From positions 1,134,224-1,198,223 of the forward strand of contig CP097971.1 in NCBI GenBank assembly GCA_023703615.1: DNA of 64,000 bases. The letters are read 5' to 3'. Positions 57,590-64,000 of this stretch are shown here, piece after piece (position 1 is the stretch's first letter; each line of letters opens with the position of its first letter). A program made the position numbers and the translations under genes. Source of the DNA: SAR86 cluster bacterium. Lineage in GTDB: Bacteria; Pseudomonadota; Gammaproteobacteria; Magnimaribacterales; D2472. The notes beneath the pieces were generated by a model that was not told where the DNA came from, did not search any database, and saw only the letters and a program-made list of their open reading frames with translations.

Positions 57590-57895
57590 CTAAAAAATCT
57601 TATGTTTACCCCTTATGATTTCTAGGTACATAACATGATCCGCTATAAGACTATACAAAGGATATTTGAATGTTGCCGGTTTATTTTTTTCGATAAAAAA
57701 ATGGCTTATCCAAGCAAATCCATAACCACTAAACAATGCAACTAAAAGAAAGAAATAGTTTAATGTAATAAAAAATAAAACTAAAAAAGATAAAGAGAAT
57801 GTGGTTCCAATAAAATGATAAAGCTTTGTTTTCTTCTCTTTATGTTCACTTAAGTAAAATGGGTAAAAATCCCTAAAATTATTATACTTTTCCAT
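57590..57895 (-). CDS. DUF962/Mpo1-like membrane protein
   Basis: F.DFYPFYL.EH, LYHFIGT, GYGFAW.SHFFIEKNKPATFKYPLYSL..D. True start is ATG 57895 (TAATG overlap), not 58036. Confidence 0.88.
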   Translation of the reverse strand: MEKYNNFRDFYPFYLSEHKEKKTKLYHFIGTTFSLSFLVLFFITLNYFFLLVALFSGYGFAWISHFFIEKNKPATFKYPLYSLIADHVMYLEIIRGKHKIF

Positions 57896-58218
57896 TAATG
57901 ACCTCCATACGCATTTACTAGAATAACGCCATTTACTATTAGAAACAAACCCAAAATAGATTGCCAGCTCAAGGTCTGTGAATAAAGATAATATGAAAGG
58001 ATTGCTATTAAAAAAACTCCCAAGCCGCTCCAACATGCATACACTATTGCTAAAGGTATTTCTTTCAAAGCTATTGTTAAAAAATAAAAAGATAAAATAT
58101 ACAAAGCCGATAGAATCACGGTAGGAATTATTTTTGTAAATTGTGCGCTAATTGGAAGAAGTAAAGTACCGGTTACTTCAAATAAAATAGCTAAAGTTAG
58201 AGCTGCATATGCAGACAT
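57895..58218 (-). CDS. SMR family small multidrug transporter (EmrE/Qac-like)
   Basis: 4 TM, conserved membrane Glu (AILFEV), YACWSGLG, GLFLI..GV. Confidence 0.92.
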   Translation of the reverse strand: MSAYAALTLAILFEVTGTLLLPISAQFTKIIPTVILSALYILSFYFLTIALKEIPLAIVYACWSGLGVFLIAILSYYLYSQTLSWQSILGLFLIVNGVILVNAYGGH

Positions 58219-58532
58219 TAATCTCTTGGTGGTAACCCGTTAATTCTTGTTAATGTAATTGTAGTTGAAGCTCTTCTAAATTTACTAATCTCTTTATAAT
58301 CAGAATCATCCCACCAAGCATCTGCTTTTTCGGCAGACGGAAAGCTAAAAAGTATAACTCTGTCTTGCTCAATTGGACTGTCGCCTTCAACGTGAATAGG
58401 ATTATCATCAAATGTTATAAATTCTCCATCATACTTTTTTAAAATAGGAAAAAATCCTTTTTCATACTTTCGATAGGTTTCAGCGTCATGGATTTTTATA
58501 TTTACAATATAATAAACTTTTGTATCGCTCAT
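58218..58532 (-). CDS. DUF1330 domain protein
   Basis: D...Y..Y......L.KY.GEF, VEG, ..FSFPS...A.AWW.D.DY....K.R. Confidence 0.85.
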   Translation of the reverse strand: MSDTKVYYIVNIKIHDAETYRKYEKGFFPILKKYDGEFITFDDNPIHVEGDSPIEQDRVILFSFPSAEKADAWWDDSDYKEISKFRRASTTITLTRINGLPPRD

Positions 58533-58555
58533 ATTTGCTCCTTATTTATAAATTT

Positions 58556-59164
58556 TTATTCTGGAGCAGCAGAAGGCTGATAATCATAATAACCATCCAA
58601 AGGAATCATTAGGTGGACAAATTTTGTTCCTTTAAACATAACGTATGGCGCACCAGTAGTATAGTCAGTGGTTTGACCATCTAGGCTTGATGGATCTTTT
58701 GGCATTAACATTATGTGAGCACCAGATTCAATGTAATGTTTATGACCAGCATCTTTTTGACCATCAGTATAAGGTTTAAAATTATCAACGCCTAAGTCGC
58801 CATGTTTCATCCAAATCCAACCGTCGCTTTCTAATTTAGGAGTCGTATCTGATATGTATGCTTCTACCCATGCAACTGCATTTGGATCTGAACAAGCTGC
58901 AGCTGAAGCATGTGCATCTTCATATCCACCTTCAGGCATCGGCACAAGCGGTCTGCATGTCCACCCATTTGAACCTTCTCTTAGAACCTCGCCTGAAGCA
59001 CTTATAACTGTTGCATAATCACCGATAAATGCCGGCGCGGCACTAGTATATGCTTTTAACTGCCAGTCTGAAGAATTACCAGCATTTTTATGATCGTCCG
59101 CGATTAAACTAACAGCAAAAATGATAAATAATAGACCTAAAATAAAATTTGTTTTTATACTCAT
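58556..59164 (-). CDS. Secreted hypothetical protein
   Basis: Signal peptide (..LIADDH), AAP.FI...ATV, LREGSNGWTC, M.HGD, HIML, P.VM..GT...HLMIP; AAGGAG RBS. Confidence 0.8.
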   Translation of the reverse strand: MSIKTNFILGLLFIIFAVSLIADDHKNAGNSSDWQLKAYTSAAPAFIGDYATVISASGEVLREGSNGWTCRPLVPMPEGGYEDAHASAAACSDPNAVAWVEAYISDTTPKLESDGWIWMKHGDLGVDNFKPYTDGQKDAGHKHYIESGAHIMLMPKDPSSLDGQTTDYTTGAPYVMFKGTKFVHLMIPLDGYYDYQPSAAPE

Positions 59165-59240
59165 ACATCTCTCCTTTATTTAAAAATATAATGTCATTTA
59201 ATATTTAGTATTTCAAGAATATTCGAACAAAAAATGGGTA

Positions 59241-62024
59241 TTATTGCCAACTAAACCAAGGTGATTCTGAAAAATCATCTCCTTTAATTTGAACTGTTGT
59301 ATTCATATAGTTACCTTGAATAAAAAAGTCATTTATCAAATTGGTAAGGTCTTGTTTTGTAGTATTTTCTAAATATTCTTTTGCCTTTTGTTTTGTATCA
59401 AAAGAATAGTTTCCTTCTCCCCAATCAGCAAAATATTGTGATGCTTCTATTCCTAAATTTTCAGGGATTTTGTTCATTTCGTCTAGAAGTGCTTTTTTAG
59501 TATTCTCTACTGTAGAATCTGGAAGTTGATCAAAAGCAACAACAAAACTATATATGAAACCCATAACTTTTTCTTTTAGATCTTTAAGATTTGTATTGTC
59601 ACTTACTATAAGCATTGATAGAGTTGGATATTCGTTTGTTTCACTGTCAAAACTACTAGCAATATAACCAACTTCTTGTAAAGTTCTCAATTCATTAAAA
59701 AAAGTTGGTCGCATTAATCTATTTATTAAGTTCAGTTGGATGCTTATTTCTTCTGATTTGACTGGATATACATAATTATCTAGCAATCCAACTCCGTCCT
59801 TAGAAATAGAAACTTTTTTCATTCTTGCTGTTCCGGTCTTTACTGAAAAATCTGGTATATCTCTCCAGTGTATTTTTTGAGAAGTATCTCCAATTATATT
59901 TCTTGCACTTTTTGCAAAATTTACAACCTCTGATGGATCATAATTACCATACGCATAGATATCTAAAAAGATTGAGTTAGTAAATTCTTGATAAATTCTT
60001 TGCACATCCTCATACGTAATTTTTTTTGTAGCTTCTATGTTTTCTTTAGTTGTCCATTTTTGAGTTTTATTAATCAAAGCATCATGCACAAAAAGTTGAG
60101 AACTGATATCGTCTTCTTCTATTGATTCATATTGATCCAATAAAAATTCTTTTGCATTTTTTAATTCCCAGTCCTTAATCTCAAATTCCATTAATTTAGA
60201 TATTAAATCATTTGCATATCCAATCTGTCGCATTGATCTGCCCGACATAAAGAAACCTATATTTCCATAATTATCTGGATTTGGAAGAATACTCACTCCT
60301 CCACCTTGATATGCTTTTTGTAGAATTCTTCTGTTTGATTTTATAAAATGATAAAAAATTATTCCCATAGCTGCGTCAATTTCAGCAGTATTTGAAAAAA
60401 TTGGAGACATCATATTAATTGACATCAAACCTTTGTTATTTTTATGGTTAATGCTTTGAGAAAGATAAGCTTGCACACCCTCATTAAAATAAACTTTCTG
60501 AGGAATTTCATAATCACTTGAAGCTATTACATTTTCATTTGGTTCATCTAAAAGAATTATCATTGGTTCTGGGAGTTTTAATGAGGCTATACCAGTTTTC
60601 CATCTAGAAATGTCTTCAGCTGGTATTGGTTCAGTTCGATAGGAACCATCAGCATATTTTAATTCAATATCAGCATTTTCTTCTGTACTTAGATGATAGA
60701 TCCTTACAAACTCAGGTTTAAGTTGTGACATAAGATCTTTGATAGCTTGTTCATCATACTCTTCTGTTAGATAACTATAATCGATTAAATTTTCTACTGG
60801 CACATCAAATATTTGACTTCCAAAACCTACAGCAACAGCTAGAGCTCTTGGAGCAGATAAATCTATAAAGTTCCTTTCGTTAATAGCTTTAATTTCATCA
60901 AAATACTCTTTTATAATTCCATCTGACTGAATTAAATTTAAATATTCAAAAGTTAAATCCAAAATAAGGTTCTTATTTTCAACACCCTTTTCTGTGAGAA
61001 TATAATCAATAAATGCTGATCCATCGTATCCCCATACTTTAGATTGTATTGATGCATTACCAGATTCTATAAAACCTTCATCAACTAAGTACGACATCAA
61101 GGTATTTTCTTCTTGGGAATTTAATAACTTTTCAACAAAAGAGTTTGGTTTGGATTTCCATTCAGATGAATTATCTCTTATGGGAAATTCTAACGATAGA
61201 CTTGGTGAACCAGCTCTTTTTTTAATATAAATATTTTTTAAAAGATTTGAAGAAAGATAAGCTTTCTCTTTAGTTAAAGGTCTCTCGACTTTTTTATTTT
61301 TTATTCCTTCAAAATACTTTCTTGCTAAACTTTTTAATTCTCTTGGTGATTGATTTCCAACTAACACAAGTTTCATCAAATTAGCTGAATAATATTTGTT
61401 ATAAAAATCTTTCAGTGAAGCTAGAAGTTGCTCTCTATCATCTGAGAGTGTATCTTTATTTCCAACTCCAAGATTTGTTTTTGGATGGTCAGGATTTCCT
61501 GTCATTGCTGCTGTTCTTTGTGTTACAAACTGATCGGTTTGTCTTGCAAGAAGCCATTCAGAATTAACTGCTGAAATTTCTTTTTCAACCATTGATGGGT
61601 CAAAGATAGGCGCCTTGATTGCAGCACTTAATCTATCAAGACCTGCTTCAAATTTATCACTATTAATTGAAAACAAATAAGTAGTTTGCTCTGTTGCAGT
61701 AAAAGCGTTAGTGCTTCCACCGTTCTCACTTATAAACTGCATATATTCATTCGGTTTTTTATATTTTTTGGAACCCATAAAAATCATGTGTTCTAAATAG
61801 TGAGCTATTCCTTGAGCGTCATCTGGATCTTGAAACTGACCAACCCCAACACTCAGAGTTGCTGCAGATGTTGCTAAATTTTTATCGCTAACTGTAACAA
61901 CCTCAATTCCATTTTTTAATGTAAAAGTTCCGTATTCTCTAGTATCACTTGGTGCTTTGTTAATAGAAGCACTAATTGATAATGTAAAAAAGAATAAAAG
62001 GAATAAGGATTTTGATCTAATCAT
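59241..62024 (-). CDS. M16A (insulinase/pitrilysin) family zinc metallopeptidase, secreted
   Basis: Signal peptide, inverted zinc motif GIAHYLEHMIFMGS, NAFT..E.T.Y, KEI.AV.SE, FFNELRT.Q..GY. Confidence 0.93.
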   Translation of the reverse strand: MIRSKSLFLLFFFTLSISASINKAPSDTREYGTFTLKNGIEVVTVSDKNLATSAATLSVGVGQFQDPDDAQGIAHYLEHMIFMGSKKYKKPNEYMQFISENGGSTNAFTATEQTTYLFSINSDKFEAGLDRLSAAIKAPIFDPSMVEKEISAVNSEWLLARQTDQFVTQRTAAMTGNPDHPKTNLGVGNKDTLSDDREQLLASLKDFYNKYYSANLMKLVLVGNQSPRELKSLARKYFEGIKNKKVERPLTKEKAYLSSNLLKNIYIKKRAGSPSLSLEFPIRDNSSEWKSKPNSFVEKLLNSQEENTLMSYLVDEGFIESGNASIQSKVWGYDGSAFIDYILTEKGVENKNLILDLTFEYLNLIQSDGIIKEYFDEIKAINERNFIDLSAPRALAVAVGFGSQIFDVPVENLIDYSYLTEEYDEQAIKDLMSQLKPEFVRIYHLSTEENADIELKYADGSYRTEPIPAEDISRWKTGIASLKLPEPMIILLDEPNENVIASSDYEIPQKVYFNEGVQAYLSQSINHKNNKGLMSINMMSPIFSNTAEIDAAMGIIFYHFIKSNRRILQKAYQGGGVSILPNPDNYGNIGFFMSGRSMRQIGYANDLISKLMEFEIKDWELKNAKEFLLDQYESIEEDDISSQLFVHDALINKTQKWTTKENIEATKKITYEDVQRIYQEFTNSIFLDIYAYGNYDPSEVVNFAKSARNIIGDTSQKIHWRDIPDFSVKTGTARMKKVSISKDGVGLLDNYVYPVKSEEISIQLNLINRLMRPTFFNELRTLQEVGYIASSFDSETNEYPTLSMLIVSDNTNLKDLKEKVMGFIYSFVVAFDQLPDSTVENTKKALLDEMNKIPENLGIEASQYFADWGEGNYSFDTKQKAKEYLENTTKQDLTNLINDFFIQGNYMNTTVQIKGDDFSESPWFSWQ

Positions 62025-62068
62025 ATGTATTTTTGTTATGTTATTTAATTTTGAAATACAAAGATAAA

Positions 62069-62090
62069 TATGTCAAGTATATTTGACATA
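62069..62090. promoter_or_regulatory. Palindromic operator overlapping a -35 box (site 2)
   Basis: TATGTCAA-GTATAT-TTGACATA; minus-strand TTGACA (62076-71), 17-bp spacer, CAAAAT; 46 bp upstream of the M16 peptidase ATG. Confidence 0.7.
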
Positions 62091-62095
62091 TGAGA

Positions 62096-62929
62096 TTATT
62101 CTTTTGTTTTTGGTGGCCCAAAAAATAAATACAACGATTCTTTTATATTATTTGAATTCTTGATGTCTTTAAGAATGTTGCTCCACTCCATAAAAGTAAT
62201 CTTGATCGGATTAAATGTTTTAACATTTTTTACTAGGCCATACTTTACGGATTCTTTTTCAGGCTCAAAAGTTCCAAACATACGGTCCCATACAATCAAT
62301 AAGTTTCCATAGTTTTTATCAATATATTGCTTATTTGAGCCATGATGAACACGATGATGTGAAGGTGTATTGAAGATATATTCAAATGGGCCTAGGTTTT
62401 TAATTATTTGAGTATGGCCTACTATCCCCCACAAAGTACTTATGACTCCAGCAATTGCAATAATTGTTGGATCAATGCCAACAATTGGTAAAAAAATAAA
62501 AAAGGGAATTTTTGAAATTGGCCCAAGCCAAGCTTGTCTAAAAGATACTGCAAAATTCATTTCTTCACTAGAATGATGTGACATATGCACAGCCCACAAA
62601 AAACGACTCCTATGAGATACGCGGTGATAAAAATAGAATACTAAATCTATCAAAACGAAAGCTAAAATCCACATCATCCAAATAGGTATTAATGAGCTAA
62701 GATCAAGTATTCTGTATTGATACAAATATATGTGAATTGCCAGAGTAATGCCTTTTACTAGAAATACCATTAAAATATTTCCAGTTAAAAGTCCGATAGT
62801 GCATAGAGTATCGTTTTTTCTGTATAGCTTCTTATTATTTAAACTTGAAAATAGTACTTCAATTAAAATAAATACAATTACTATTGGTAGGCCAATAAGA
62901 TATACTTGTTGATAGGTCAATTCTGTCAT
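62096..62929 (-). CDS. Sterol desaturase/fatty-acid hydroxylase family, alkylglycerol monooxygenase-like
   Basis: His boxes HRVSH, HMSHH, HHRVHH; N.AVSFRQ; YIDKNYG..LI.WDRMFGTF. Confidence 0.88.
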   Translation of the reverse strand: MTELTYQQVYLIGLPIVIVFILIEVLFSSLNNKKLYRKNDTLCTIGLLTGNILMVFLVKGITLAIHIYLYQYRILDLSSLIPIWMMWILAFVLIDLVFYFYHRVSHRSRFLWAVHMSHHSSEEMNFAVSFRQAWLGPISKIPFFIFLPIVGIDPTIIAIAGVISTLWGIVGHTQIIKNLGPFEYIFNTPSHHRVHHGSNKQYIDKNYGNLLIVWDRMFGTFEPEKESVKYGLVKNVKTFNPIKITFMEWSNILKDIKNSNNIKESLYLFFGPPKTKE

Positions 62930-62996
62930 TTTTAATACTAGTTATCTAACTTATATAAATTCGAATTGAATATTGTAAATTATTAATAAGGTCATT

Positions 62997-63935
62997 TTGA
63001 ATATTTCAACAAAATATATCTTGCTTACAGTTTTCTTATCTACAAATATATTTGCAGGCTTGTCGATTGGATATATCGAAGAAGACTATGTAAGTGTCAA
63101 TGATGACTTGGATAGAAGGATACAGATTTATTATCCATTTGAAAAAAAAATCGACTCGAATACTACATTTATAATCATGAACGACGGAGAAGAGTTGTTT
63201 TATGAAAAAGATTCATGGCATGGAAAAGCATGGAATATCGATGACAGCTTTAAAAGATTAAAAGAATCTGGGTATCAATTAAACATTGTTGTTGTTGCAA
63301 TAGATAGTGCAAGAAGAGCAAAGGGAGGGATAATTGATGAGACAAGAAGATACTCAGAATATTTCCCAAAAGATGCTATTCCTTTTTTTAAAACAGGTTT
63401 TAAAAAATATATTTATAGTTCATTCATAGATATCCCAAAAATGGATTATCTCGAATTTCTTGAAAAGAAAATAGTGCCTTATATTGAAAATAAATTTAAT
63501 GTGACTTTAAATAATACTAATTTAGGAATAATTGGTGCAAGTATGGGTGGTTTAAATGCTATAAACGCTCAATTAGAGTATCCTGATTTATTCGGTTTTG
63601 CTGGATGTATTTCGACACACTGGATAGGAATAAAAATATCTGAATATTTAGCTTTACCATTTAGTAAAAAGATATCTGGTGATCCAAACACTACAAGCGC
63701 AATTATCAAATATATCAAGTCAAAATCTGAAGTTTTAAATGATCAGAAACTTTATTTTGATCATGGTAGTGAAGGTTTTGATCGTTACTATTCAAAGCCT
63801 CAAGAACAGATTAATCAAATATTTGATATTAACAACATTAACTACGATTATAAAAAGTTTGAAGGTGATGATCATGAGCCTAAATATTTTGGCAGAAGAT
63901 TTGATAACATTCTAATTTATTTATTAGATGTATAA
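62997..63935 (+). CDS. Secreted alpha/beta-hydrolase (putative esterase, IroE/Fes-like)
   Basis: TTG start with signal peptide, MNDG..LF, nucleophile elbow GASMGG, YFDHG, HE..YF..RF. Confidence 0.85.
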   Translation: MNISTKYILLTVFLSTNIFAGLSIGYIEEDYVSVNDDLDRRIQIYYPFEKKIDSNTTFIIMNDGEELFYEKDSWHGKAWNIDDSFKRLKESGYQLNIVVVAIDSARRAKGGIIDETRRYSEYFPKDAIPFFKTGFKKYIYSSFIDIPKMDYLEFLEKKIVPYIENKFNVTLNNTNLGIIGASMGGLNAINAQLEYPDLFGFAGCISTHWIGIKISEYLALPFSKKISGDPNTTSAIIKYIKSKSEVLNDQKLYFDHGSEGFDRYYSKPQEQINQIFDINNINYDYKKFEGDDHEPKYFGRRFDNILIYLLDV

Positions 63936-64000
63936 AATATTTTTATTCTGGCTTTACAAATAAAAGAGTCATTCTGTCGCTCTCACCTATAGCTAAGTAT

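Noticed and set aside
57896-58036. N-terminal extension of the DUF962 ORF in the track
   Set aside because: It overlaps the SMR gene, and family similarity begins at ATG 57895.
63936-64000. Possible promoter or RNA start at the window end
   Set aside because: Too little sequence, and no recognisable tRNA or ncRNA structure.
1-64000. CRISPR arrays, IS elements, rRNA, riboswitches, introns (including a td-type intron in thyA), canonical defence systems
   Set aside because: I saw no spaced direct repeats, transposase or integrase motifs, or long non-coding stretches. thyA is uninterrupted.

Overview
The window is AT-rich and very gene-dense, with many ATGA/TAATG overlaps and few intergenic gaps. 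Gene order resembles Pseudomonas-like Gammaproteobacteria with many neighbouring genes missing, so the source is inferred to be a streamlined marine gammaproteobacterium (SAR86-like). It holds about 80 CDS and one tRNA-Phe(GAA). I found no rRNA, integrase, IS, CRISPR array or phage structural gene. Core blocks are ntrC/gpmA/mutY/yggX, rppH-tauE-lgt-thyA-folA, a TtpC-type TonB operon, efp-argS, yggS-proC-yggT-metX-metW-rdgB, rpoH, lipAB and uvrD. Accessory functions cover peptide, lipid, methylamine, iron and organophosphate scavenging. The most notable observations are: (1) a palindrome TGTCAA-N6-TTGACA found twice (17/19 bp identical), over the -35 box of a membrane-protein/XRE-regulator operon and of a secreted M16 peptidase 6 kb away, suggesting a candidate mini-regulon; (2) a T4-phage-type thymidylate synthase in the normal chromosomal lgt-thyA-folA slot; (3) a phage-like 2OG-Fe(II) oxygenase and MazG cassette; (4) a SPOR-less FtsN-like remnant after argS; (5) a translationally coupled DUF1330-SMR-Mpo1-DUF3445 operon. 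All family assignments come from recognising motifs by eye; no database search was run.
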